From the sequence record SRR20825015_191: a stretch of 64,000 bases of DNA. The stretch is one strand, 5' to 3'. Under the pieces are notes generated by a model, which saw nothing but the letters and a program-made list of their open reading frames with translations, did no database searches and was not told the DNA's origin. The translations under genes and the position numbers were made by a program. This document shows, in pieces, positions 1 to 9,186 of this stretch. The number at the start of each line of letters is the position of its first letter. Position 1 is the first letter of the stretch.

Positions 1-1061
1 GAAAAAATTCCCACGATAAAAGCACACGTCAAAGGACGGTAAAAATGGTTCAGTGGCCGAATGCCGTGATGCAATACGATCAGTAGCAGCGGAATGGCGA
101 GCAAATGGAGGCCATGAAGATTGTTGAGACTTCCTCCGGTGGAGAGCAGGCCGATGATTCCAAGCGGAAAACTGAACAAGAACGCTAAGAACGGGAGCCG
201 TAGCGGATGCGATGAGAGCAGGAGTCTTTTTCCGATCACGAGATAAGCCGCGAGTGGCAGCCCCCAGTGCACAAGGAGCTGTGGGGCGATATCAAGTAGC
301 CGTAGAGTTGGGTCAGCCACCCAGGGGAGCTGACCCGCGATGGTGACCACCCCGAACCACAGCTCGGCGAAGCCAAATTGAAAAATGGCGAAACTCGCGA
401 GAACAGCACCAATCAACACCGTGCGCACGAGAAACACTCCGGCGGTTCGTCGATCACATTCCATGGCGAGCCACAGAGTTTGGGCGCCGAGAATGCCGAG
501 TGAGTTTTGCTTACATCCCAGCGCGATTGCTGTCGTGGCGGCGACAATCCAGAGGCGGCGGTTTCTGTTCTGCGTTGAGGAGGTGACGAGCAGGAGGTTG
601 CCGAGCAGGGCGCAGGCGATCGCGAGGTTATCGGCTTGGAGGAAACGGAAGGTGTGGTCGGGCCAGATCGCGATGACTCCGGCGAAGGCGAGCCAACGAG
701 TTGCTTTTGAGATGTTCGCGATCGGCCAATAGGCGCAGGTCAATGCGATGACCAAGATGGATATCCCGATGTTGACCGCATCGGCGATCAGCAGAGCGGA
801 GATCGCGCTGTTGCCCCAGAGGGCCGGGCTCCAGAGCCACATCGGAAGGGGGCCATACATCCAGGTCGTGAGCACACCGGAACCCGGCAAGGTGTAAACA
901 GGTTCCCCGACTGCGGCCATGAAGACGGGCAGCAATCGGATATCGTTCCAAGCGTAATTGGGAAAGCGGCAGAAGTTGATCCAGAGCCAACCCATGCTCA
1001 TGACCAGAGTGCATGCGATCCAGACTCGGGTCATGGGATGCGAGTCGGAGGGGGAAGTCAT
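1..1061 (-). CDS. Polytopic membrane protein, possibly a GT-C-type glycosyltransferase (partial, runs off the left edge)
   Basis: Not in the ORF track. Reading from the ATG at 1061 gives MTSPSDSHPMTRVWIACTLVMSMGWLWINFCRFPNYAWNDIRL..., open to the window edge with many hydrophobic segments. It starts 3 nt after the GT2 gene stop. Confidence 0.65.
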   Translation of the reverse strand, partial: MTSPSDSHPMTRVWIACTLVMSMGWLWINFCRFPNYAWNDIRLLPVFMAAVGEPVYTLPGSGVLTTWMYGPLPMWLWSPALWGNSAISALLIADAVNIGISILVIALTCAYWPIANISKATRWLAFAGVIAIWPDHTFRFLQADNLAIACALLGNLLLVTSSTQNRNRRLWIVAATTAIALGCKQNSLGILGAQTLWLAMECDRRTAGVFLVRTVLIGAVLASFAIFQFGFAELWFGVVTIAGQLPWVADPTLRLLDIAPQLLVHWGLPLAAYLVIGKRLLLSSHPLRLPFLAFLFSFPLGIIGLLSTGGSLNNLHGLHLLAIPLLLIVLHHGIRPLNHFYRPLTCAFIVGIF

Positions 1062-1064
1062 CGA

Positions 1065-1754
1065 TTATCGAAACAAATTATATTTGATGATCGCGTAAAG
1101 GGCCCGGAACCCGTCGCGCCAGCCGATCTTTTTGCCTTCGTCGTAAGTGCGGCCGTAGTAACTGATGCCGACTTCGTAGATCGCCACGTTGAGGCGGGAA
1201 ATCTTGGCGGTGATCTCGGGTTCGAAACCGAAACGATTCTCTTCAATCGTAATCTTCTGCAGCACCTCACGACGGAACAGCTTATAGCAGGTCTCCATAT
1301 CCGTGAGATTTAAATTGGTGAACATGTTCGAACAGAGCGTAAGAAACTTGTTGCCGATCATGTGCCAGAAATAGACCACACGGTGCGCATCGCCCCCGGT
1401 GAAACGTGATCCAAAGACCACGTCGGCCTTTCCTTCGAGCAGAGGTTTCAGAAGCTTGGGGTATTCGTCGGGATCGTATTCGAGATCGGCATCCTGGATG
1501 ATGACCGCATCGCCCGTCGCGGCGTTGAATCCGGTGCGCAGGGCGGCCCCTTTGCCCTGATTGGTTTCGTGGTGGATAACCTTGTCCACGAGTGGGGCGA
1601 TTTCCGCATCGAGCACCTCGCGGGTGCCATCGGTTGAGCAATCGTTCACGATAATGATTTCCTTGTTCTCGACCGGAGCGGCGCGCACGCGTTCGACCAG
1701 CATCTTGATGGTTTTAGCTTCGTTATAACAAGGGATCACGATGGATAACTTCAT
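1065..1754 (-). CDS. Glycosyltransferase family 2 (polyprenol-phosphate glycosyltransferase/DPM1-like)
   Basis: [40 protein letters not shown] motifs. Confidence 0.93.
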   Translation of the reverse strand: MKLSIVIPCYNEAKTIKMLVERVRAAPVENKEIIIVNDCSTDGTREVLDAEIAPLVDKVIHHETNQGKGAALRTGFNAATGDAVIIQDADLEYDPDEYPKLLKPLLEGKADVVFGSRFTGGDAHRVVYFWHMIGNKFLTLCSNMFTNLNLTDMETCYKLFRREVLQKITIEENRFGFEPEITAKISRLNVAIYEVGISYYGRTYDEGKKIGWRDGFRALYAIIKYNLFR

Positions 1755-1908
1755 ACGCGTAGGGGCACCGTAGTTTACGACGGGGCGAACGGAAGTCTTT
1801 TTCCTGACGACCTGACCATAGGGGCATCGTCCTGTTCTTCATAACGACGGCTGAAGGCAGACCAGTGTGTGATTGACGGCTAGGAAGCGGGGTGGGCATC
1901 GTGACGCC

Positions 1909-2586
1909 ATGAGTGAGCCCATGCCTCGTGAGAAAATGCAGATGCTGATTAAGCTGACCGTCCTTGGAGTCATCATCGTGATGGCCGCGATTTTCGCGCT
2001 CAGTGGGGTGGACCTCAAGGCGCTCCTTGAGCAGGGAATTGAGATCGTGCGCGAGGCGGGTCCGACGACCTTCTTCGTGGCACTGGCTCTGCTGCCGGCG
2101 GTGGGATGTCCGCTCACCGTATTTACGCTACCCGCCGGCTCGGTGTTTGCGCCGGAATTGGGCATGCCTTTGGTGCTGCTTTTGGTCTGCCTGAGTATCG
2201 GGGTGAACTTGGCTATTTCGTATTGGCTTTCACGCCACTTATTCCGGCCTTGGCTGATTAAGCTCTTGGCTTGGTTGGGTTACAAATTGCCGGAGGTCTC
2301 GGCGCAGAATCACCGAGTCATGGTCTTTTTGATCAGAGTAACTCCCGGCCCTCCCTATGTATTGCAGAGCTATATCCTTGGTTTGGCAGGAATCCCCTTT
2401 GTTACGTATTTTTATATTTCTTGGGTCATCTCTTCACTATACGCTTGTGCTTTCGTTTTGTTTGGCGATGCGCTTATGCATGGCCGAGGCAAGATGGCCT
2501 TGATGGCGATAGGCTTGTTCATCGTATTAACGGTGGGAGTGCAATTGATACGACGTCGCTATGCCGATAAGCAGATCAAGCCATGA
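1909..2586 (+). CDS. TVP38/TMEM64 (DedA/VTT domain) membrane protein
   Basis: Hydrophobic protein with LIRVTPGPPY..SYILG motif; start placed at ATG 1909. Confidence 0.8.
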   Translation: MSEPMPREKMQMLIKLTVLGVIIVMAAIFALSGVDLKALLEQGIEIVREAGPTTFFVALALLPAVGCPLTVFTLPAGSVFAPELGMPLVLLLVCLSIGVNLAISYWLSRHLFRPWLIKLLAWLGYKLPEVSAQNHRVMVFLIRVTPGPPYVLQSYILGLAGIPFVTYFYISWVISSLYACAFVLFGDALMHGRGKMALMAIGLFIVLTVGVQLIRRRYADKQIKP

Positions 2587-3869
2587 GTAAGCGGGGGGGA
2601 ATCACGTTGGACGATGACGAGATCCGCGTGGCGACGGTCGGCGAGTTTACGCGACGCGTAAAAGAACTGCTCGAAAACGGAATCGCTCCGGGTTGGGTGC
2701 GCGGCGAGGTTTCGAATCTGCGCCAGCAGGCGAGCGGTCATGTTTACTTTTCGTTGAAGGATAGTGAAGCCCAGCTCTCCGCCGTGATGTTTCGGGGCGA
2801 TGCGATGAGGCAGAGCACGAAACTGCGCGCTGGCCAGCAGGTGCTCGTTTATGGCGAGCTCAACGTCTATGAAGTGCGCGGCCAATACCAGCTGATCGTG
2901 CGCGTGATCGTCGAGGACGGGGTGGGGCGTCTCCAGCAGGAGTTTGAAGCGCTGAAGAAACGGTTGTCTGAAGAAGGGCTGTTCGATGCGAATCGCAAAC
3001 GTGAGCTGCCTACCATGCCGAGGACGGTGGGCTTCATCACTTCACCAACCGGCGCGGCGGTGCAGGATTTCATGCGGATTCTGATCCGACGTGAATGGCG
3101 CGGACGGGTGGTCGTCTTGCCGGCGAAAGTGCAGGGCGAGGGAGCGGCGAAGGAAATCGCGTCGATGCTGGAGTTGGCGGAAGAGCAGGGAATCTTCGAT
3201 TTGATCGTGGTGGGGCGCGGTGGTGGAAGTCTGGAGGATCTCTGGGCGTTTAACGAAGAGTCGCTGGTGCGGGCGATCGCCGAATGCGATATCCCGGTAA
3301 TCTCGGCGGTGGGCCATGAAATTGATTTCACTCTGAGCGATTTCGCGGCCGATGTGCGCGCGGAAACTCCGAGTGCGGCGGCGGAATTGATCTCCAGCCA
3401 TTTTGTCGAAGCGCGCGAACGCGTGCAGCAGGCTTCGGAGGATATGCGGACCGAACTCATGGGGGCGGTGGAAACCGCGCGCGCGCAGCTCGATCATGCG
3501 CAGAGCCGGTTGCGGTTGCTGAGTCCGCGGGGGCAGATCGAGCAGGGCTTTTTACGGATTGATGATTATGCCAACCGATTGGCGTCGGTGATGTCCGGGC
3601 AACTGCGGGAGCGGCGTCATCGTTTCGCAACCGTCGGTTCGGAACTGGCGCGTCACTCGCCCGAATTTCGGGTGCAGCAGGAATCGCAAAAGCTGTTGTC
3701 GCTTTGGAAACGCCTCCAATCGGTGAGTCCGGCCTCGGTGCTGCAGCGCGGCTTCGCGATTGTGCGCGACGAACAGGGGAATCCGGTGGCGCGGAAGGCG
3801 GGGGTGACCTCGGGACAAAAGCTCCAGACCGAGTTTGGCGACGGCACTTTGCCGGTGCGGGTGGAATAA
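2583..3869 (+). CDS. xseA: Exodeoxyribonuclease VII large subunit
   Basis: WVRGEVSN, SGHVYFSLKD, ITSPTGAA, RGGGSLEDLWAFN, VGHEIDFT, TPSAAAE. Confidence 0.97.
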   Translation: MSKRGGITLDDDEIRVATVGEFTRRVKELLENGIAPGWVRGEVSNLRQQASGHVYFSLKDSEAQLSAVMFRGDAMRQSTKLRAGQQVLVYGELNVYEVRGQYQLIVRVIVEDGVGRLQQEFEALKKRLSEEGLFDANRKRELPTMPRTVGFITSPTGAAVQDFMRILIRREWRGRVVVLPAKVQGEGAAKEIASMLELAEEQGIFDLIVVGRGGGSLEDLWAFNEESLVRAIAECDIPVISAVGHEIDFTLSDFAADVRAETPSAAAELISSHFVEARERVQQASEDMRTELMGAVETARAQLDHAQSRLRLLSPRGQIEQGFLRIDDYANRLASVMSGQLRERRHRFATVGSELARHSPEFRVQQESQKLLSLWKRLQSVSPASVLQRGFAIVRDEQGNPVARKAGVTSGQKLQTEFGDGTLPVRVE

Positions 3870-3896
3870 AACCGAAACCTGGTTACTCTTACCTGC

Positions 3897-4508
3897 ATGA
3901 AAAAATCACTTTTATCCCTGCTGGCTCTCGGATTGACGCTATCGGGAGGAGTCTTGATCGCTGCTACTATGAAAAATTCAGAAGAACCCGCCGCCAAAGA
4001 TGCCCTCGAATGTGAACTGGGCGAAACCTCCGCCTGCGGGCTTCCTTCCAATGTCGTGATCGACATGAGCAAAAACAAGGTGCAGCGCACCGAGGCTGAG
4101 TGGCGCTCCATGCTCAATCCGCGTCAGTATCAGGTCGCGCGCGAGCAGGGGACCGAGCCTCCGTTTCAGAACGAATATTGGGACAACAAGGCCGATGGCG
4201 TTTATTTCTGCGTAGGTTGCGAGACCCCATTGTTCGACAGTGAGACTAAATTTAAGAGCGGCACCGGCTGGCCGAGCTTTTATAAGCCGATGGAAAAGTC
4301 CTTCGTCGGCGTCGAACGCGACACCAGCTACGGCATGGTGCGTGACGAAGTGCACTGCAATGTCTGCGGCAGCCACCTCGGCCACGTCTTCAACGACGGC
4401 CCACGTCCCACCGGCGAACGCTACTGCATCAACTCCGCTTCCCTCCGTTTCATCCTCCGCGCCGACTACGAAGAATGGGTCGATCAGAACGACGGCATTG
4501 ATGAGTGA
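3897..4508 (+). CDS. msrB: Peptide-methionine (R)-S-oxide reductase with N-terminal signal peptide
   Basis: [36 protein letters not shown]; two CxxC Zn motifs; hydrophobic N-terminus. Confidence 0.95.
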   Translation: MKKSLLSLLALGLTLSGGVLIAATMKNSEEPAAKDALECELGETSACGLPSNVVIDMSKNKVQRTEAEWRSMLNPRQYQVAREQGTEPPFQNEYWDNKADGVYFCVGCETPLFDSETKFKSGTGWPSFYKPMEKSFVGVERDTSYGMVRDEVHCNVCGSHLGHVFNDGPRPTGERYCINSASLRFILRADYEEWVDQNDGIDE

Positions 4509-4533
4509 GTAGAGGCGGGTCTTTGACCCGCCT
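4509..4533 (+). repeat. GTAG-family REP hairpin (left flank of RAYT)
   Basis: GTAG-AGGCGGGTC-TTT-GACCCGCCT, perfect 9-bp stem. Confidence 0.85.
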
Positions 4534-5129
4534 TACCGCGTCCAGAGATGATCCTGCCATCGCGTCACTAAATGAGCTTTGACCGGATTGTTCTGGATAT
4601 ACCGAATCGTCTTGGCCCACTCAGCATCGTTGCGAATCCAGTGATCAAACCATTCACGTTGCCAAACGGGACCACTCTGTTTTCGGGTGCGATTGATACG
4701 GAGACCGCTACGTCCTTTAATCCTCTTCATGATCGTCGCGAGTGGTCGGTTGGGTGTGCTAGGTGGAATAATTAAGGCATGCCAATGATTGGGCATGATA
4801 CTGTAATGCGGCACCTTAACCTGCCAGTCATCCAAGGCCTGTAACTCATCGGCGACGATGCTCGCAAGCGAGGAATCCCTCAGCGCGCAACTTCCACTGC
4901 CAGCATCGAGATACTTTTCCATCATGCGAAAATACACTCTCTGAAGATTGGAAAACTCTGCAGACTGCGGGCTGATTGATTGGAGATTTTGATAAATATC
5001 TCTCAGGCGCAGCACGACTTCCTGAGGAAGGCTATCACGCAATCTCACCGTAACAAAGTAGCGTCCCTCCTGCACTTCCCAATGGGGCAGTTTTCCTCTG
5101 CGAAATAGGGTTGTATGTGGAGGTGGCAT
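4533..5129 (-). mobile_element. REP-associated tyrosine transposase (RAYT, Y1 HUH family)
   Basis: LPHW..YFVTVRL, MPNHWH (HUH), VWQREWFDHWIR, IRYIQNNPVKA (catalytic Tyr); flanked by inverted REPs. Confidence 0.9.
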
Positions 5130-5137
5130 GATAAGAA

Positions 5138-5162
5138 AGACGGGTCAAAGACCCGCCTCTAC
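5138..5162 (-). repeat. GTAG-family REP hairpin (right flank of RAYT)
   Basis: Reverse complement GTAGAGGCGGGTCTTTGACCCGTCT, one mismatch to the 4509-4533 copy. Confidence 0.85.
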
Positions 5163-5254
5163 GGCTGATCGCTGTTCCATTTTGGAAATTAAACCTGTCT
5201 TACACGTTATGCTTATTCTGGCAATGAAGTTGCCGTGCCCGTCCCACGCGACTG

Positions 5255-5373
5255 ACTCGTGATAGTCTCACGCGGAGACCCCAAGACCCTAAGGTTTAGA
5301 TTTTATCGGATCGGTGGGTTCTGCGTTTGTTGAGGGCATTTGCGGCTTGAACTCGCGGAGCGAGCGGGCGTGA
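5255..5373. repeat. ~118-bp intergenic repeat, copy 1
   Basis: First 45 nt match 6050-6094 with 2 mismatches; TCTCACGC...GCGTGAGA ends. Confidence 0.85.
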
Positions 5374-5454
5374 GAAGAGAATAGGTGAATCACCGACCCT
5401 ATCCGGATCGGTTTGGGATTGGCCTCGTGCCGACCTGCGATACCTTCTCAAGGG

Positions 5455-5991
5455 ATGAAATTTGCGCCCAGAATGTTGCATCGCCGTCTTTCGCCTTGGT
5501 TGATCGCTCCGCTGTTGATTGTTGTCGCGACCGGAATGACCTACCGCATAGGACGTTCCTGGTTTGGCATGGATCGGGACACCGGGCACCGTATTTTGGA
5601 TATTCACACTGGCGCGGTGGTTGGCGACGGATTTTCCTTGGTCTACACGGCCGTGGTCGGGTTGAGCCTGCTTACGCTGGCACTTAGCGGTGGGTGGTTG
5701 TTGTGGCACTCACGAGCCAAAAATGGGGCCCGGCGATGGCACCGGATGATCTCCTGGGTGCTGTTACCGCCTTTAATTGCCACCTCAGTGACGGGTATGG
5801 GTTATCATTTTGGTGAACTGGTCTTTGATTTTGAAGAGAGCACGCTGAAGCTGCTGATGACTATTCATCAAGGCAGTTGGCTTGGTCCCAAGCTCCGTCC
5901 TTTCTACATTATTATGGTGGGTGGTGGACTGCTCATGCTCATCGTCACCGGAGTGTCGATGCTACGGGGCAAAAAGGACCGAACGAAGTGA
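5455..5991 (+). CDS. PepSY-associated TM helix-like membrane protein
   Basis: Two internal repeats of HR..(TM)..TG...IH.G..G; start placed at ATG 5455. Confidence 0.7.
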   Translation: MKFAPRMLHRRLSPWLIAPLLIVVATGMTYRIGRSWFGMDRDTGHRILDIHTGAVVGDGFSLVYTAVVGLSLLTLALSGGWLLWHSRAKNGARRWHRMISWVLLPPLIATSVTGMGYHFGELVFDFEESTLKLLMTIHQGSWLGPKLRPFYIIMVGGGLLMLIVTGVSMLRGKKDRTK

Positions 5992-6049
5992 TCCCCGCCA
6001 GGCTTGCGCTGCAAGCATCGGCGGCAACTCTCATATCCCCACTCCGTTA

Positions 6050-6165
6050 ACTCGTGATAGTCTCACGCGAAGACCCCAAGACCCCAAGGTTTAGGTTTTC
6101 TAATTGGCGGTTGTGCGTTTGCTTAGGGTCTTCGCGGCTTGAGTCCGCGGAGCGGGCGGGCGTGA
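6050..6165. repeat. ~116-bp intergenic repeat, copy 2
   Basis: Direct repeat of 5255-5373. Confidence 0.85.
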
Positions 6166-6234
6166 TTATCCTTCTGGAACAGGTGAATCGTATTTCATTA
6201 GGGTAGAGGTATCTTCTCGGGCTAAATCATTTCC

Positions 6235-6726
6235 ATGCGTCTCACCTCCACTCCGTTCCGACAGGTTTTACTCGCCGCCATCCTGTTGATTGTCGGGCTG
6301 AGTTTCGGGTGTCAGAGTCAGACGATTACGGTGACAGTCCCGCGAATCGAACGATTCAAGCTCAGTAACCCCGATGCACCTCGATTCGAGATCGATCGGG
6401 CGTTAAGCAACCGTGCCGAAGCCTACGCCCGCACTCGCCCTTACGCTGCTCAAGTTTGGCGCGGACACGGGCTTTCGATGGAACCCCTGATTCCGCCCGA
6501 TGCTTGGATCGTTTCCGGGCTGCTGCCCTTTGAAGAACTTCAGGTCGGCCAGGTCGTGCTTTACCACAACGGCTCGGGCCGTCGGGTGGCCCATGCGCTG
6601 GTGAAGAATACTAGCCAAGGTTGGATCACGGTCGGGGTGAATAACGAACAGGCCATCGATGACACCCGCGTGACCTACAGTAATTATCTCGGCGTGATCA
6701 CCGCCGCTTTCATAGCGGAGAAGTAG
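6235..6726 (+). CDS. Putative lipoprotein with S24/S26 peptidase-like domain
   Basis: Lipobox-like SFGC; GLSMEP...GQVVLY...VAHALV...GVNN resembles Ser-His signal peptidase-like S26 proteins. Confidence 0.6.
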   Translation: MRLTSTPFRQVLLAAILLIVGLSFGCQSQTITVTVPRIERFKLSNPDAPRFEIDRALSNRAEAYARTRPYAAQVWRGHGLSMEPLIPPDAWIVSGLLPFEELQVGQVVLYHNGSGRRVAHALVKNTSQGWITVGVNNEQAIDDTRVTYSNYLGVITAAFIAEK

Positions 6727-6786
6727 GTTAGGCTGATGGGTGATCGGGATCACCGTAAGAATCAACATTGACCTTGTTTACGCCCC

Positions 6787-7482
6787 TTACTCTGTCTGCT
6801 TTCCGATTCTCCAGACGGCAACTTCTTCTTTTATCGTATTCACGATTATAGTCATGTCCGCGTCAGAGAAATAGAGCGCTTTCAAGACCTTCGGATTCCC
6901 GCGTGTTAGTTGAAGCTCCTTGAAATCCCCAAGTTTTTTTGTGAACAGCTCTGCATTCCATCTATATCCGATATGGATTTCCTCCATTACCCATCTTTGC
7001 TTTTTGGCCTTATTTTCAATTTCACGAGAAGACTGGTTTGAACCGGAAATCGTAAAGGTATCTGATGCCGCTTGAATCTGTTCGGTCGCAAATCTAGAGG
7101 CTTCGGGATTATTCTTCGCACCCCATCGCGGATAGAAAGATACCTCAGCAGTGTATTCTCCATCGGGCAGTAGAGTGGGAGCATTCAATCCGATCCTAAC
7201 CTGGCTTACATCAATCTCATGATTTGATTTACTTCTGCTAAGCGTAACTCTCTGATTCGTTCCGATGTAAGTAGCATTCGGCTCTTGATCCTTCAACGAT
7301 ACCGAAATCATGACTTCGATTGGAGTTGTGATGTTCGTAGCGATCTCGACGTTCACGACGCCATCTTTTAGTGATACACGCTCGACTGAGATTTCTGGGA
7401 CGGACCTGTCGCTATCATCCGCTCGTAATTGCGGAGATGAAAAAGATAAGAAGACGAATATGAATATTATAAGATTTCTCAT
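6787..7482 (-). CDS. Hypothetical secreted protein (AT-rich, cassette-like)
   Basis: 231-aa ORF with signal peptide; visibly lower GC than its neighbours. Confidence 0.7.
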   Translation of the reverse strand: MRNLIIFIFVFLSFSSPQLRADDSDRSVPEISVERVSLKDGVVNVEIATNITTPIEVMISVSLKDQEPNATYIGTNQRVTLSRSKSNHEIDVSQVRIGLNAPTLLPDGEYTAEVSFYPRWGAKNNPEASRFATEQIQAASDTFTISGSNQSSREIENKAKKQRWVMEEIHIGYRWNAELFTKKLGDFKELQLTRGNPKVLKALYFSDADMTIIVNTIKEEVAVWRIGKQTE

Positions 7483-7491
7483 TCGATTTCT

Positions 7492-7552
7492 GGCGGACGA
7501 CTAAGCTGAGCCGCGGCGGCTTGCTGCCGTTGGATCGGGCGTCTGGCTAGGC
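7492..7552 (-). other. Degenerate integron attC-like site
   Basis: GCCTAGC-CAGAC-GCCCGATCCAACGGCAGC-AA-GCCGCCGCGGCTCAGC-TTAGTC-GTCCGCC; has R''/L''/L'/R' layout, overlaps the upstream stop codon and ends 9 nt before the next ATG. Confidence 0.5.
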
Positions 7553-7771
7553 TTTTTTATCTTTTGAGCGTCGATCTACTTCTTTTCGAAGATCGGCCGC
7601 ATAGCTCTTAACAATGCTCTCGATTCCAGCAAAGCGCTCTCGAATTTCTTCTCTTCCAGCAAAGTAATGCATTAGGCGAAAACGAAGATCAAAAAGACTC
7701 CTTTCGACCGCGGAGAGGTGCTGGCCGAGGTCCTTCTTCGCGTGGCTATCAATCGGGGCTTTTTTTGGCAT
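7547..7771 (-). CDS. Small hypothetical protein (cassette-like)
   Basis: 74-aa ORF whose TAG stop lies inside the attC-like R'' box. Confidence 0.5.
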   Translation of the reverse strand: MPKKAPIDSHAKKDLGQHLSAVERSLFDLRFRLMHYFAGREEIRERFAGIESIVKSYAADLRKEVDRRSKDKKA

Positions 7772-7904
7772 GGGAGTAAAGGGACTGATCGCTCTTCTTT
7801 GCCTACAGTGTTATTCGGCCTAACTCAAAGGCCTGATTCAAGTGTGGTGAAGGATATCGAAAGGTGAGCTAACATATTGATATACAATGGACGAATATTT
7901 TGAG

Positions 7905-9062
7905 TTACGCCTTCGGAAACTTAACCCATTTCGCGCCGAGCTTGGAGCTCTTCACGACGGTTTCGATGAAGGCCATGCCGTAGACGCCGTCTTCGATGGT
8001 GGGGAAGTCGAGATTCTTGGGTTGTTTCTTGCGGGTGACTTCGGCTTCGATCGCGCGGAAGGCTTCGAGGTAGATGTTGGCAAACGCTTCCAAGTAACCT
8101 TCGGGATGGCCGGCGGGGATGCGGGTGAACGCGGCGAGATTGGAGGCCAGGTAGTCGTTGCCGCGACGCCAGGTTTCGCGCGGCTTGTCGGCGTATTTGA
8201 CGACGAGCTCGTTGGGGAATTCCTGTCGCCATTCGATGCCGGCCTTGGTGCCGTAAACGCGGATGTTGAGCATGTTCTCGTCGCCGATGCTGATCTGCGA
8301 GGAATGGAGAATACCCTTGGCGCCTCCTTTGTAGCGCACGAGCACGTTGCCGTCGTCGTCGAGTTTGCGGCCTTTGACGAAGGTGGTGAGATCGGCGCAG
8401 AGGGAGTCGATTTCCAATCCGGTGATATAGCGTGCGAGGTTTTCGGCGTGCGTGCCGATATCGCCCATGCAACCGGCGGCGCCGCTGCGTTTGGGGTCGG
8501 TGCGCCAGGCGGCCTGCTTGTTGTCGGGCGTTTCGACAAAGCTGGAGAGCCAGCCCTGCGGGTATTCGACCACGACTTTGCGGATGTCGCCGAGCTTCCC
8601 CTTCTTCACGAGTTCGCGAGCCTGCTTCACCATGACATTGCCGGTGTAGTTGTGCGTGAGCACGAAGACCTTGCCGGACTTTTTGACGATGGTGCGGAGC
8701 TTCTTGGCCTCGGCGAGATCGAAGGTGGCGGGCTTGTCGAGGACGACGTTGAAACCGGCTTCGAGAAACAGTTTCGCGGGTGGAAAATGCTGGTGGTTGG
8801 GCGTGACGATGACGACGAAATCGAGCCGTTGTTCAGCGGGCATCTTCGCCTCGGCCTTCGCCATTTCGGCATAGGAGCCGTAGGCGCGATCAGGAGAAAT
8901 ATAGAGATCCTTGGCGGAGGCCTTGGCGCGCTTGGGGTCGGAGGAAAAGGCCCCGGCGACGAGTTCCGCCTGACCATCCATGTGAGCGGCGATGCGATGG
9001 ACGGCACCGATAAAGGCACCGCGTCCGCCGCCGATCATTCCAAAACGTAGTTTGCGATTCAT
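7905..9062 (-). CDS. Gfo/Idh/MocA family oxidoreductase
   Basis: [29 protein letters not shown]. Confidence 0.93.
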   Translation of the reverse strand: MNRKLRFGMIGGGRGAFIGAVHRIAAHMDGQAELVAGAFSSDPKRAKASAKDLYISPDRAYGSYAEMAKAEAKMPAEQRLDFVVIVTPNHQHFPPAKLFLEAGFNVVLDKPATFDLAEAKKLRTIVKKSGKVFVLTHNYTGNVMVKQARELVKKGKLGDIRKVVVEYPQGWLSSFVETPDNKQAAWRTDPKRSGAAGCMGDIGTHAENLARYITGLEIDSLCADLTTFVKGRKLDDDGNVLVRYKGGAKGILHSSQISIGDENMLNIRVYGTKAGIEWRQEFPNELVVKYADKPRETWRRGNDYLASNLAAFTRIPAGHPEGYLEAFANIYLEAFRAIEAEVTRKKQPKNLDFPTIEDGVYGMAFIETVVKSSKLGAKWVKFPKA

Positions 9063-9063
9063 G

Positions 9064-9186
9064 GTAGTAGTAGTGAGTAGTGGGTAGCGAGGAGTGAGTA
9101 GGAATTTAGCGGTGGAAAGGAGTGGGTGGGCGAGAGTGAGCGAGCGGCACGATATGCTCGCTACTCACTCCTCACTACCCGCTACT
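9064..9186. repeat. Inverted heptamer-repeat hairpin (GTAGTGA-type)
   Basis: GTAGTGGGTAGCGAGGAGTGAGTAG (9077-9101) pairs with 9161-9185, 2 mismatches. Confidence 0.85.

Noticed and set aside
4533-5129. IS200/IS605 element with TnpB
   Set aside because: No tnpB; the flanks are GTAG REPs and the motifs fit RAYT.
5255-6165. Possible CRISPR array
   Set aside because: Only two long repeats, separated by a gene; no regular repeat-spacer periodicity and no cas genes.
7887-9050. 387-aa plus-strand ORF
   Set aside because: Antisense shadow of the Gfo/Idh/MocA gene; no motifs; expected from GC3 bias.
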